DNA of 64,000 nucleotides from the human T2T-CHM13v2.0 reference genome, Homo sapiens. The stretch lies in NCBI RefSeq assembly GCF_009914755.1, contig NC_060939.1; one strand, given 5' to 3'. The position numbers were made by a program, and so were the translations under genes. Of this stretch, positions 31,686 to 46,176 are shown piece after piece (positions within the stretch are counted from its first letter, which is position 1; every line of letters begins with the position of its first letter). Under the pieces are notes generated by a model. It had not been told where the DNA came from. It made no database searches and saw only the letters and a list, made by a program, of their open reading frames with translations.

Positions 31686-32869
31686 TAGGCTCATCCCTCG
31701 GGTTGTCACACAGGTGACGGTGACAGCCAGAGCCCTTTAGCACAGTGGGTCGTAGCAGATCCTCACTCCATGTGGGTCATTACTGTGGTCGTTTCCCTCC
31801 TTGCAGGTTCTCTGACTTCAGGCGATTAGACTTGGGGCGTTGAGGCACCTGCTTTCAAAACCACTCTGTGAGGCCAAGCGGCAGGTTATGCGAAGAATGG
31901 CCCAGCATCAAGCTGGCACTCAGAGCCTTTGTTGATTCTGAGTTAAACTTCCTGCAGCACCTTCAAGTTCAATTCTCAGGACGATATGCCCACTCCTCTG
32001 CCAGTGGAGGCGGGGATGCCGAGGTGGGGAGACCGAGGCTGGACCCTGAGAGTGAGGGCCTTCAGAAGCTTTGCAGTCTAGGCTTCTCTCCCCACAACCT
32101 GGTCTCTGCCCTGGCACCTACCTTGAAGGGTGTCTGGGCGGCAGATTGGGGCCAGGTGGTGGAGGATAGCTGGGCACAGAAGTTGGGTTGTGTGTTTAGG
32201 GTAGAAGGGAACCATGGAAGTTTGTGGGGCAGGACTGTGATCAGGATGGCGTGGGCTTTCAGAAGGCAACTTGGGCGGGAGCAAGGAGGGGTGGGGCTAG
32301 AAATAGGGTTGGGAGGAGCCTATGGCCCTGCCCCTGGGATGGGGAAGGCTGAGAGAAGCCAGCCAAGGAGGCCTCCCGAGGTCTCCTGGGTCTTGAGAAG
32401 CCTCATATTTCCCCCTGTGTGGTGGCTGCGGTTCACCCCGAGAGAGTGCTGGGGGGCTGCTCCTCTTCCTGGGGCTTCATCTGCCTAAGCTACTCAATGT
32501 AAAGGACTCCCCAGTGCTCAGCCACCATTCCTCTTCTCGTTAAATTTTTCATTAAGAAAAATGGTCACCAAAGAGTGGCGAGGTAGTTTCACCAGCGCTT
32601 TTGTGGGAGATGAACGAGCCAGAAGCAAGTGTGCCAGCACCTCCCTCAGTCTTCCACAGCAAGCAGTGTGCTACCCTGCCTACACGCATGCGCGCATAAC
32701 ACCCCTGGGGACACACGTGTGTCCACAGACATGCATGCATGTGCACACCTACATCAACACCATCAGGTGGACACAGTGCGTAACACACACAGTACACTGT
32801 GCACCACACTCACAGGCACACACATGACACGGCACAACCCGGGGCTAGGAGCAGGGGCGTGGGAGTCAG

Positions 32870-33065
32870 GCGACCTGGGTTTGTATCCCAGCTCTGCAAC
32901 TTGCTAGGTAAATTACTTAACCTTCCCAGCCCTGATTTCTCATCTGCAAAATGAGGGTTGATAAGAGATCCTCCTCCAGATGGTATTGGGGGGTTGAGGG
33001 AGTTCACAATGCATAATGCCTGGCACGAGGGCTGGCACACATAGCCTCCTTCAGTGTTGGGTATC
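32870..33065 (+). mobile_element. MIR
   Basis: 'acctgggtttgtatcccagctctgcaact...tttctcatctgcaaaatgaggg'. Confidence 0.75.
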
Positions 33066-34515
33066 ACCGTTTCTCATCATTCATAGAAAGGACATACATC
33101 ACACAGCACAGCTCCAGAGGCTCCTCCTCCACCAATTCTTCCATCTCTAACTCCCAACACCTTCGTAACCGCCTGAGGGGTAGGGGCCTTAAGGCTATCC
33201 GAGCGGTGCTGACCGCTTGCTTATATGTTGTACACTGTGGGCTGTTCACTTGTCACTTTGCTAATGGCCTATCTATCATTTTAGGGGCTCAGCAAAAACT
33301 TCCACTTTAAAATCCTGCAGAGACAGGAGAAAGAAGCAGGGATGAGAGATGAAGGGGAAGTGTGGAGTGCGTCCCCTTTCTGGCTCCAGCCCTTCCTGAG
33401 GCCAGCTGCATCTTCTTGGCTCCTCTTAAACCACATTCATGGCCTTCCAGCAAACTCCTCTTTTTGATTAAGGAGTATTAGTTGGTTTGTGTTCCTTGCA
33501 GCCAAAACCAATCCAGAGCCAGGTGAATGAGGCACAGCTCCTCCCTTCCTGGAGCCCAGTCCAGCACAGGACAGGCAGGTGGGCAGCCCATGGCAGTCCC
33601 CTGCGAGCTGTGCTGGGACAGGGAGGGTGGGCAGCATGGAGCACAGAGCAGGGGCTGACCCAAGCCCAGGTGGAAGGAAAGGGGCTTTTTCCAAGGTCAA
33701 ACGGGATGGGAAGGAAGATGGCAGCCAGGGCAGGGAAGCAGCCTGCCAGACCCCACCAAGCCAAGAGCCTGGCATATTTACACATCAGCACTGATTATGT
33801 TACACCCATCACAAGCGTTAACGATCCCTGCTGCTGGACGAGCTCACAGCCCCCATGCCTTTCCCCTCACATGGTCTTGGTGCACACAGTATTATTCCTC
33901 CATTCCCAGGGGAGGAAGCTGAGGCTCAGACAGCCCTACCTTTTCCTTCCAGCAGATTCCAGGAAGTAACCCCAGGCTGAGGTCGCGCTGGAACATCCAT
34001 CTGAGGCCACAGAGAGAAGAGGAGAAGGAGGGGCCTGAGGCCTCCACAGAGCCAATGAGGGCCAAAGGGACCCCCCGTTCTGGAAGCAGCAAATGCTTCC
34101 CAGGGGAGGGTGCTGAGGGGAGGACTGGGGGCTGACAGGGGGGAGCAGGCCGTGGGCACCCAAGCAGAGGACAGCAGGGACTGCCCACAGGCCAGGCAAA
34201 GTCTAGGGGGTCTGGGTGGAGCCCTTCTGGGCACTCTGGGTCTCAGAGAGGATATATTAAACTGGGGATGCAAGGAAGGCACTGGGAGCTAGGGGAACTT
34301 TGATGGCTGACTGCATTTATCCCACATCTGTGCACCTTACCCTAATTTAAAAATATTTATATTTAGATCTATTTATATATAGAGAGAGGCAGAGACAAAG
34401 CAGAAGGCGGGTGATTACTTTTTGCAAGGCAGGTGTGTAGCACCATCTAATTTCATTGTTTCAGCCATCCTGTGAGATAAGCATCCTTATTCTCCTTTTT
34501 CAGATGAGGAGATCA

Positions 34516-34698
<183 letters not shown>

Positions 34699-35384
34699 CT
34701 AGTAAGTGACTACAGAGCTGCCAGGCTACAGTAAACCACTCTAGGCCAGTGCAGGTCTTGCCAGCTGACCCACTGCCTGCAGCTGCACCTGTGAGCAGCC
34801 AGGAGAGGCGTCATGGGGCCCACTCAGCACAGCTCAAGGGCTTCACTCATGTGCGTGCCATCCTTGCAACAACTCTGTATGTCATGAACCTCACTCTTCC
34901 CCACCTCCCTTCTGAGTCCTGCTTTTCTCTCTCTCAGAACTTATTCACTCTTGGTTTACACACACTTCTAACAAGTGATAGGGAGTAAAGAGCACTGATC
35001 CGTTAGAGTCCCAGGGCAAGTGTGTTAGTATTTGTTTCTCTTCCCCTATCTGGAAAATTGAGATAAAAATAAGTGCTTAGGGCTGAGGGTCTCTCCCAGG
35101 GTAGAGAATCTCAAAGTCACAGTATCCTTCATAGAACGCTATGACATTTTACAAAATTAATACCATAGTTTAAAAAGAACAAATTTGTGGAAGAAAATAT
35201 GACTACATATCATATCTGTGGGGTATCTTATTTAAAAATTACACACAGAAATCAAGAAAATGCTTCCCTTTCACTTTAATTTTTTCTCTATAAACTGGGT
35301 GAAATCTCACCAAATGATGCTCCAGGCAGGACACCCAGGGGCAATGTGTTCCACGGGTGCCCAGTTTGAGAACTCCTGGGCCGG

Positions 35385-35540
35385 AGATAGGAAACTAGGG
35401 TTCCAGCCCCTGCTTGGCCATTACCCTGCTGTGTGACTTTGGACAAGTCACTCACCTGCTCTGGGCTTCTGTTTCTCCCTAGACACAGTGAGGGGTGGGA
35501 GTGGCTAGAGATCATCTGAGGTCCTTTTCAGTTCCAGCCT
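35385..35540 (+). mobile_element. MIR (MIR3-like)
   Basis: 'gctgtgtgactttggacaagtcactcacct...ctgaggtccttttcagttc'. Confidence 0.7.
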
Positions 35541-37789
35541 TCAAGGATGGACTTGACGCCTGCACCTCCGTGTCACATCCAGGATCCCCATGGGCTAGGG
35601 TCAGGTTGGAACTCATCCTTCCCTCAGGTTGCCACTGTGCCTCCACCCCCACCCATGGGGAACCATAAAAGGGATCTCTTGGGCCAAGGAAATGCTGCTC
35701 CCCTCCCTCAGCGGAGACCCCCATCTCCCTCTGGCTCCCCAGTCTCAGGCCTCAAGCCCCTAAACAATTGTCTGAGGGGGATCCAGGCTATTAAAATAAT
35801 TTACATAGTAATTAACAAGGTTCCATTAGCTGATTCCTGGAGCCAGAATACTCTGCCTCCATTTCCCTTTAGGGGTCCACCGTCCCAGGATGGGACTGGG
35901 GTTTGGCTGGGGTTTGACTGCAAAGCAGGGAAAGAAGGAATTTTCCATGCTGGCATGTGGCAGCTCCACACCCAGGGAAGAGGAACAATGACTGTATGAG
36001 GGCCCAGCTGGCTGGGTAATGAGGTCTGGGGCAAGGAGGTGCCTCATGAGCACTCAGGGCCTGAAACCCTGAGAAGAAAGACAGTCAAGAGGCAGCAGCA
36101 TGTGTTCCGCAGCCCCGAGCCTGGTGCCTCCAAGAAGTCCTGGTTCAAGAGGACATAAAATGTCTCATGTCCTTCTGGGCCTCCTGATGATAAAATCTAT
36201 GTTTGACCATAAAAAGGTACAACCTTGGTCATCACCTTTGAGCCTGGGAGGGAGAGCCTGTCTTCTCCACTGTGAGGATGAGGAAACTGAGGCCCAGACA
36301 AGTGAGGTTTCCAAGGTTACACAGCCTGGAAGTAGCAGAGGGAAACTAGAACCTGGATCCCCAGACAGAACCCAGCTTCTCCCCACTTGGCCAGGGGTTT
36401 CTAAACAGCTCCGTGGAACCCCAGGGGACTCCCAGTGTGGTTTGAATAAGGGGTTGTTGAGAAAGCCTGAAAGCTTTCCCCCATAGTTCCTCACATCAAC
36501 TACGACAATATTTCCATATCGAACTTTTAAGAAGGATTTCATTTGCATCCCATTGGCTAGAAAAGCTTTTAAAAGGACTGTACTCCTACAAAGCTGTCCC
36601 AAGAAGGTCTCTGTCACGGGGCCACTTCATCGCATGCCTCTACTCATGAATGGAGGCCCCTGAGACTACACAACCCAGCAGAATAGAGACCCCATCCGCA
36701 CTGGGGTCCCATATTTCTGGCCTTGGTCTCCCTGCAGACTCCCTGCCGGTTAAGTCTGTGCTCTCCTGTCCGCTGGGCACCTGCCCTGGTGGTGGGACCG
36801 CTGCTTCTCCCACTGGGCCTGGCTGGGTGGGCCCTTCTCTTGTTCACTGTATTGTCTCTGTGGAGACTGGCGAAGGAAAAGGAGACAACAAGGGTGGGGA
36901 ATGACAGTGATGCTGGGGTCTCAATAAGAGTTGAGTCATTTTCCTGCACGTCTTCATTGAACAAACATTTCCAGGGCTATATAAGCTAGGATCTGAGGAT
37001 AAAAAGATAAATGAGGCTGAGTACTGCCCTCGGAGAGCTTTGGGTCACCTGTGGGAGACAGACTCCTCGACAATGGTCCCCCATAGACTATGTCCTGGGG
37101 GCAGTGCTGGGGGTCTTCTGGAGCTCAGGAAGGGACAGGAGGAGGTGAGTTGGTCCTGATGGGGACGGCAGGGGAGATGTCGGGGTAGGCCATGCAGAAC
37201 GGAAGAAGCCAGAGCTCCTTTTTGAAGGAGTTCGTGAGGGGAGGGGCGGGAGCACACCCCAGCTAGAGGGAATGGCATGAGCAGGAGAGCAGAAGGCAGT
37301 TGATGGCTTAGCCCTAGTATGTGATGCGCATGGCAGGAGTGGGGCAGGGGAAGGCGGGTGGCAGCCAGGCCAAGTGAAGGCTCTTTGGCCCTCAGGCCCC
37401 ACTGGCTTCCTGCTCTCCTCTGCGGTTCCCCTCCAAAGCCCCTCACCTTGGGGCATCTGAGAGGCCAGTTAAGCTTTGGGTAGGGGTCAACAGGGCATTC
37501 AGAGCCCAGAGCACCCCATGTTGGTGCTCCACAATCTATGCTTTCCTGTCCCCTGGGCACCTGCCCTGAGCCTTGCCCCTGGCTGGAGGTGGGGGCAGTG
37601 GGGCTCTGCGCTGCTCTCCTGGAGGCCTGGGGACAGGGTGGAGAGAGTCACAATAAGGGAGTCAGCAGTTTCTCCTTTCTGGGTCTCCGTCGTGCTTTCT
37701 AGACAATAATGGGGTGGTAGCTGGAGATGGCTGAAGCCCCTTCCAGACTGGACTCCCCATTACAGACAAATAAATAACTTGGCTCCCCA

Positions 37790-38270
37790 AATGAGTGTGG
37801 CTCCCCAAGAAGCAGAGCCTGAAACAAGGATCTGAGTGCAAGGAGTTCATTTGGGAGGGGTCCCAGGAAGCCCCAGTAGGGATGTGAGCGAGGGATGGCA
37901 AGGAGAGAATGCAGGGTGCCCCAGGAGCAGGTGCCACCATGAGCAGCTGGGGCTCGTGCCTCCAGGGAGCCCCGGGACGCGTGGAACACATGTCTTCAGA
38001 GTCATCCTGTCCCAGGGAGAGGAGGCCGGGGTCTTCAGCCCCCAATTCTTATCTGTCTTTTGTTGAGGGTTGCTCTGGGGAGCTTGAACTTTCCAGCGTT
38101 TCTGGCCAGCCCCACCTTGGGGGCAGCCTCCTCCTGCAGCCAGGAAAGGTGCTCAGGCAGAGTGGCAGGGGCTTGCCATTGGCATGAGGGCAGCTGTGCA
38201 TAGGAAACAGCGCTTCCAAAGGGAGGCCGGCCTGGCATGGAGAGTGTATTCCCCACACACTAAGACCCGA
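37790..38270 (-). mobile_element. ERVL LTR (LTR33/LTR16-like)
   Basis: 'ccccaagaagcagagcctgaaacaaggatctgagtgcaaggagttcatttgggagg..tcccaggaagc'. Confidence 0.7.
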
Positions 38271-38711
38271 AGGGGCACCAGTGGCATTTCCTGGGTTGCA
38301 CTACCAGTTAGCAACAGGCCACACTGAGAAGCCAGGTCCCCTGACTCATCAGCCAGGGCTCCTCCTGCCACCATGTTTCTCTTCTTGTCTCCTTTCCCCT
38401 GGGAGAGTCCAGGCTCTGCATCCTCCTTGCCTGTCCTCCCTCACATGGCTTAGTAATAGCACTTTGGCAGCAGATACGAATGTCTTGAGAATAAAAAAAA
38501 AACACCAAATGGTTCAAATCTGTGAAACTTTCAGCTCTTCACAGAAAAAGGCCTTGTCATCTCCATGTTTCCACCCCAGTCCTTGACCCAGTGCCCAGCA
38601 CAAGGTAGGCCCTCAACACGCAGATGAACTGACATCTTGGCCAGTTGCTGTGTGGCATGGGGCAATTCCTACACCTTCTTAACCGTTCCCTCATTTGAAA
38701 AATGGGTGCAG

Positions 38712-39082
<371 letters not shown>

Positions 39083-41415
39083 TCAGCAGGACGCATGGAA
39101 GGCACTTAGTAGGTGCTCAGCAAGTGTTTGCACCTATGAAGAACATTTGGGAAACTGCACAGGGCTTTCACTCCAGAGGGAGTGGGGGCAGTCGCTGAGA
39201 TTAGCAGCAAGAATGCATTCTGAGTCAAAAGATCCACCTCTTTCCTGGCTGGTCGCCTCTCGCCCTCCTCCCATCTCCCCCACAACCCACATTCCCAAGT
39301 CCCCAAAGATCATGAGTCAGGTTTTCCACCTCCTGCAATTTCAAAGCTCCCTGCCAGCCAAGCTGTTTTGCAGACTCAAGTCGATAATGACAAATTCTTC
39401 CCTCCTCGCCCGCCACTGGCAAAACCACGGAAAGTATTTGAAACACGCAGCCTGGGAATGTGCAAACTTCCATTCGCCCGGCTTGGCAGGGGCCAGCAAT
39501 TTCTCAGCCAGCATTTTTGACTAAGACTTCTGCAGCTCAGGTTTCCAATGAGCTCATCAGCCCAGTCCTCCAACAGTGTTTATACCTTTTTTTTTCCTTC
39601 AGAAAATTAACCCTACAACAGATTCTGAATCATACACTCCTTAGGAGCACAGCTCCCTTGTTGAGATGGAGGCAGGGTTTCAGACCCACCTCAGGAGGGC
39701 TGGCCTTGGCTTGCCCAGCAGAGCTCCTCTGAGCACCCATCAGGGGCCTATGTGGCCTGAATCAGAGGATTCTCTGCTGAAAAAGACATCCAGAGGTCTT
39801 CCCATCTATCTTTTGCCTCCATAAAGATCTGGTTAACCCATTTCAGGTCTCTGCAACTCTGTTTTAAAAATATCCTCCCAGGGGATGAAGGAAGGGAGAA
39901 AGGATGAAAAGACTGGAGACTCTGAACCTAGGTACACCTGGATGTCAATTGCACTTCTGTCTCCACTCAGTTTCTTCATCTGCAAATGGCAATAGTAATC
40001 CCCACCTCCAGGTTATTTGGCGGTTTAAGTGGCCCCCTATGAACGCATCTAATATGATTTCTGCCTACAGTAGATGCACGCTAGTTTTCTCTCTTCCTTA
40101 TTTCTTGGTCACAAATTCTACTCTCTCATCACAACGTTATTTGGTGAATGAATGAAGGAAGGTCTTTACATACCCAAATCCTCCCTGCTCTTGATGATCC
40201 CCTACTTCTCTCAAGTCGACAGTTCAAGTGCCTGCATCGAATAGCCACTGAGCATCACTCTGGGCAGAGAGCAGAGCTAGGCCTCACAGACTCCCTGATG
40301 ACCACAGTCCCTGTTGCAAAGGATTTTCTGGTCTAATGAGGGAACAGGCACCGTGAGAGAAACAAGAGGATGGATAAAATGTTGTCAGCTGGAGAGATGT
40401 TCAGAATTATTTTGCTCACCCACTTACACATTTTCCTTCATTTCCGAAGTAAGCATTTACTGCAGGAAGAGGACGTGGCCACCCCTCACCCCTGGTGATG
40501 GGTCTGGGGACTTCTAAAGGAAGCCCTTTTTGTTTGACATCCTTGTTTCTATTTGCTGTGAAGTGATCTATAAAAGCGCTTTGGAAATTAAAAGACATGA
40601 TTTTCCCTCTTCCTCGAACACTCTTCCCACCTCATCCACCTTGAGCACGCAGGGCCCAGCAGAGAGAAGATGGGCTATGGGGGATTCCAAAGAAGGTGGT
40701 TTACTGAGGATGGCTTCTCGGGGTAACGGAGTGAGGGGAGCTAGATGGGGAGTGAGGATGTGCTCTCAGCTGGAGTCCAGCTCAGCCTGACCCCACGGGA
40801 TGCTGGGACAGGAACTACCCCTCCGAGCTTGAACCCCAGGTCCCTTCAGTCAAGGGGGCTGGCCTCTGTACCCCTGTGTCACTGAGTCAGAGAGGGCAGG
40901 GAGGGGTACCTTTCCAGGTGAGGTGGCTTCTCTTTGGCCAAAGGCAGTTTTCTGCAGAAAAGCATGGCTGTGAACTTTAGCAACCAACACTCGCAGCAGT
41001 GGAGAGATGGGTGTCCTGGCCATGTCATGTATAGGGGGCCTGGGTGGGGCACTCACAGCATCCACTACGGGAAGGGGGCAAGGAAAGATTAGGAAGGAGC
41101 ATCAAGAACTCCACCAATTTTTTCCCAAGCTGTATACAAGGTTCTGTGAATTTGTCCCCATCTTTCTGTCTTTTGCTGAGCATACTGAGAAGGACCAAGG
41201 AACATAGCAGAAGCCACATACCTGTGGGTGGGGCAGGGCCACTGTCCAGGGAAGATGGACTGAGTGGGCTTTAGGGAGATGGGTGCAGGTCTGAGGGGGC
41301 AGCATGGAGGGGGCCTGGCCCTTCCCCATTCAGCACCTAGAGTGTCTTGCTGTCATTTACCCTCCGGGTGAAACTGACCTCCCTGCCCCTCCCAGGCCCA
41401 GCACATCTTTCCCTC

Positions 41416-41755
41416 TGTCTTAGTTGGTTCAGGCTGTGGTAACAAAATACCACAGGCAGTGCAGCTAATAAATGGCAGAAGTTCATTTCTCACAGTTCTG
41501 GAGGCTGGGAAGTCCAAATCTGCACTGGCAGATTTGGCGTCTGGTGAGGACCCGCATCCTTGTAGACAGCTGTCTTCTCACTGTAACCTCAAATGAAGGA
41601 AGGGGCAAGGGGTCTCCCTTGGGCCTGTTTTATGAGGCACTAAATCCCATTAATGAGGGCTCCATCTTCATGACCTAATCACCTCCTGATGCCTTCACCT
41701 TGAAGCTTCGGATTTCAATATATAAATTTGGGGAACACACGTGCACACCACAGCA
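41416..41755 (-). mobile_element. MLT1A-type MaLR solo LTR
   Basis: TG...CA termini, 'ttctcacagttctggaggctgggaagtccaa', perfect 5-bp TSD CCCTC at 41411-41415 and 41756-41760. Confidence 0.9.
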
Positions 41756-43194
41756 CCCTCCTCTGAGTGCCTTCTGCATTTGGAAGGCACAGACCCACCT
41801 GGCTGCAAGGATGTGCTCTGCCTCCCTGAGCTGACTGGGAACTATTAAAACAAGAACTTCATTTTTTTTTTTGGTAGAGTGGTTTCCAAGTTGTAGCTCA
41901 GTGCCTTGGCTTACAATAGATGTCCGATATATATTATTGAGTAAGTAAAATAATAGATTCCTTAGTTTTTCTATGGAATGGGGAAAGACCCTCTCTGATG
42001 TCCCCCATTCATCAAGGGCTGCACTCATATTCTTGTAGGGCCTGGGCTGTCCTTGCCCTCTGTGCCAACACCACCAGCCTCAGCCCAGCCAGGGCTGAAG
42101 CCTCCCCTGGCCCCACAGAATCCTGCATGGAAGCCTCAGGCTAGGGTGGCCAGTGGGATGTAGCAGGACAAAGGGCTCCCGCTGGTGTACTGACTCCACA
42201 GCCTTCATTTATATGAAATGTGACTACATCACTCAAAACCTAGTGCCTGGCCTTGGTTGGTGCAGGTAATGATGATATAGGCTCATTTATGCAAGATTAT
42301 CCTTTTATCACATTTCCAGACTCATTTATGAGGCTCATGTTTCTCCCCGAGGGCGTCATCAAGCAAGTTAAGTTGTACTATTTCCCTCCCGCAGCGAACT
42401 GGCGGGAGCCTCCCTCATTGACGGATGAGGCCCACTGCCTTTGCCAAATAGGGTCGGCGTGATGGATCTTTTACTTGTGAATATTATAGCTGGAAATTAG
42501 CATGTTTATTGAGGTAGAATGTGTTTGTTTACATTCCACTACCCATGGCATTACCTCTTATGACCTGACTTATTTAGTTGAGGATAAGCACAAATGATCT
42601 GCATTTTGGCACCCACAAAAAATTAATGAACTTCCAGATATAGAATTCAGCCTTAAGTAAACACACTAGCGAGGTGAGTGGGGGCAGAAGGGCTGGGAAG
42701 GGGGCTGGGGAGCTGAGTGCTAAGCAGGTTAGCCCTCCTGGTGCTCTGCTCTGACTTGGAAGGGGCAGGAGGTTGGGGGTGGATGAAGGTGGGACTGTGT
42801 GATCTAGCATCCCCGAGCAGTGCCCAGGGCCAGCGCCCCACATGTCAGTTGAGTTGAGGTGGCTTCTGGGTGATGGAGGAGGGAGGTGAGAGAGGACCCG
42901 GGTTGTGAACTCCTTTCCTGGGGATTCTCCTCGGCTACCTGTGTCTTTGATCAGGAATGAGAAGCCTGGTCCAGGCTACAGACCTAGGGTGGGGAGGGAG
43001 GACGTGTGGACAAGGACGATGAAGATTCAGGTGAGGGATCACAGCACTTGAGAGTCCAAGCTGCCACCTGAGCCTGCTCCTCTCCTAAGCCTTCCATCTG
43101 CTGTGTCTGTGAAACCCAGCTTTTCTCCCCACCCCATTTGCTTATAGGCACCATGATCTGGGGTGAAAACACTCACTAACTCAACATTTTCTTG

Positions 43195-43516
43195 TTTAAT
43201 TTATTTTTTTTATTTTATTTAAAAAAATTTTTTTTTGAGATGGAATCTCGCTGTGTTGCCCAGGCTGGGGTGCAGTGGCACAATCTCGGCTCACTGCAAT
43301 CTCTGCCTCCTGGATTCCAGAGATTCTCCTGCCTCAGCCTCCTGAGTAGCTGGGACTACAGGCATGTGCCACCACGCCCAGCTAATTTTTTTGTATTTTT
43401 AGTAGAGACGGGGTTTCACCGTGTTCACAGGATGGTCTCCATCTCCTGACCTCGTGATCCACCCGCCTTGGCCTCCCAAAGTGCAGGATCACAGGTGTGA
43501 GCCACCGCGCCCAGCC
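43195..43516 (-). mobile_element. Alu (AluY/Sc-like)
   Basis: Dimer; TSD AACATTTTCTT. Confidence 0.93.
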
Positions 43517-43636
43517 AACATTTTCTTATTTTAGAAGAGGAAACTGAGGTTCAGAGAAGTAGAAGGATTTGGCCAAGGTCTTGGAGGTGGAGGCAAACCA
43601 GAAGCCTGGCTCCCGAGTCTCCTGCTGCCCACCTGA

Positions 43637-44281
43637 TGTAACCACCCAAGGGGTTCACCTTGCCACTGCCTAGACAGAGCCGATTCATCAAGACAGGGGA
43701 ATTGCAATAGAGAAAGAGTAATTCATGCAGAGCCTGCTGTGTGAGAGACTGGAGTTTTATTATTACTCAAATCAGTCTCCCTGAGCATTTGGGGAGCAGA
43801 GTTTTCAAGGATAACTTGGTGGGTGGGGTGAGCCAGTGATCCAGGAGTGGTGACTGGTCAGGGATGAAATCATAGGGAGTTGATGCTGTCTTCTTGTGCT
43901 GACTCAGTTCCTGGGTGGAGGCCACAAGATCAGAAGAGCCAGTTTATTGATCTGGGCAGTGCCAGCTGATCCATCAAGTGCAGGGTCTGCAAAATATCTC
44001 AAGCGCTGATCTTAGGAGTAGTTTAGGGAGGGTCAGAATCTTGAGGCCTCCAGCTGCATGACTCCTAAATCATAATTTCGAATCTTGTGGCTGTTAGTCC
44101 TACAAAGGCAATCTAGTCCCCAGGCAAGAAGGAGATCTGCTTTGGGAAAGGGTTGTGACTGTTTTTGTTTAAACTATAAACTAAGTTTCTCCCAAAGTTA
44201 GTTCTGTCTATGCCCAGGAATGAACAAGGACAGCTTGGAGGTTAGAAGCAAGATGGAGTCGATTTTGCAAAGGTGGTTTCA
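43637..44281 (-). mobile_element. 3' LTR (LTR8)
   Basis: Minus strand starts TGAAACCACCTTTGCAAAA and ends GGGTGGTTACA; about 30-bp U3 deletion relative to the 5' LTR; purine tract AAAGGGAAGGAT immediately upstream (44282-44293). Confidence 0.92.
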
Positions 44282-45882
44282 ATCCTTCCCTTTGGGGTTT
44301 ATAACACCTTAATCTTAAGGTGTAGGCTATAAGGATGAGAAAAGGCCGTCGATCACTCTGGCTTCTTCCTGCTGATAGGGGACGTAGTGGGAATGGGAGT
44401 GAATGCCAAGGTGAGAAAAGTGGAACCGCTTTCTAACTGTCTGAGTGTACTCATGCAGGCCTGGCTGGGCTTCCAAGGCTTGTGTGGGAAAAACATTAGT
44501 GCTCTCATCTATAGTTTTACTACAATGTTTAAGTGAACAGCCTACTATAAGGTAATAATGAGTCCTAGGATTAGAAGTACAATTCCCAATTTTAAAAGCA
44601 AAGATTTGAAAGCATTAGTTTGGGGACTTCTAAACCACAAAGAATTTAGAATTTAGTCTATACTGCAGAAAAAACCTCAAGAACAGTTAACGACAATGCA
44701 CTATAGTTTTCTTTTGAAGCATAATTTTTCTCTCTCCAGTCTCCATTTTTATTAAAGACAAATCATGATAGAACTGATTTGTTTACAAAATAATACTGTA
44801 CTTGGCTTGACTATTTGCATAAAGTACAGCAAGAATAATTATTTTTCACTTAGGCTTTTTAAGTTGGCTTTGATAGAACTCTGTTCCATGAAGAATCTCA
44901 GATAAGACTTTTTAAAAGCTGAGCCCAGCCATGGGTTTGTACCCTCAAATACCTATGAGTTTGGCAAATTCCTCTCCTTTTGAGGTTCCAAGGTAACTTG
45001 GGATTTCTGGGCCTGTTAGAAAGTGACATTCTTTACTTACCACAGGTCAGAAATCTTGTACAGGTACTCTGTGTGGACAAGGTATGAGGCCAGATGCCCC
45101 AATGGGCTTTAATTGGTGCTATAAGTCAACTTTGATTCTTTAAAGGAAGCATGCCATTCCAGTCAAAGCCTTGGTAAAACAACCAATTTCTCCAATTGTG
45201 TCCTGTTACAAAAGAAAACTGATTCTTATTGCACTTATGCAATTAACTATACTGCCATAAATTGAGAATACTCACAAATAGTTTCCAAATTCTGGAGAAA
45301 TCAGGTAGAGAGGAACAAATATGCTTCAAATTTTGTTCATAGGAGTGTATTTTACTCACTTGTTAAAAGTTGCAAATAGCTCTAAAGAAATAAGTTCTCT
45401 TGACTCCAAAAACAAAAGGTTTAGCAGTGTTTAACACATTAGCTCTCCATGAGAATCCTAGAAGTTTGGTTTTTTTCCTCTATTCCAACAGCACAATTTT
45501 TAAAGTTATCTGAGAGCTGCACTCAGAGTCTTATATCTGATTATAAATTGCCTTTTGAAAAGGACCAAAGCAAGGCAAAATGTCTGTGGGTGACAAAAGT
45601 CTATAGGCACTATTAAAGCTACAATTGACTAGGAAATTTGGTTACTTCTGTGGAATACAACAATTTTACATAACAATTATAATTATTGATAATGTACACT
45701 AAATTATATCAACATTATAGAAGTTTCCTATAGTTGTGGACCACATACCAATAACATATTTATACAAATACAGTCCAAGAAAACCAAACACCATTCACTC
45801 TTCTATTTGAAAGTTTTTTTTCTATCCTAATGTCACAAACTCCCAGAGTTATTTATCAGAAACCCGTATTTAAGAGCACCTG

Positions 45883-46176
<294 letters not shown>

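Noticed and set aside
31790-31810. Good-looking splice acceptor tttccctccttgcag|G
   Set aside because: No convincing paired donor or coding frame; isolated acceptors are common, and a lncRNA exon cannot be assessed without RNA data
31868-32488. 206-aa ORF, the longest in the window
   Set aside because: GTG start, no recognisable domain, partly overlaps L2-like sequence; expected by chance in GC-rich DNA
32680-32835. CA-rich alternating purine-pyrimidine stretch with NRF1-like GCATGCGC
   Set aside because: Low-complexity degenerate (CA/TG) sequence; the motif is probably incidental
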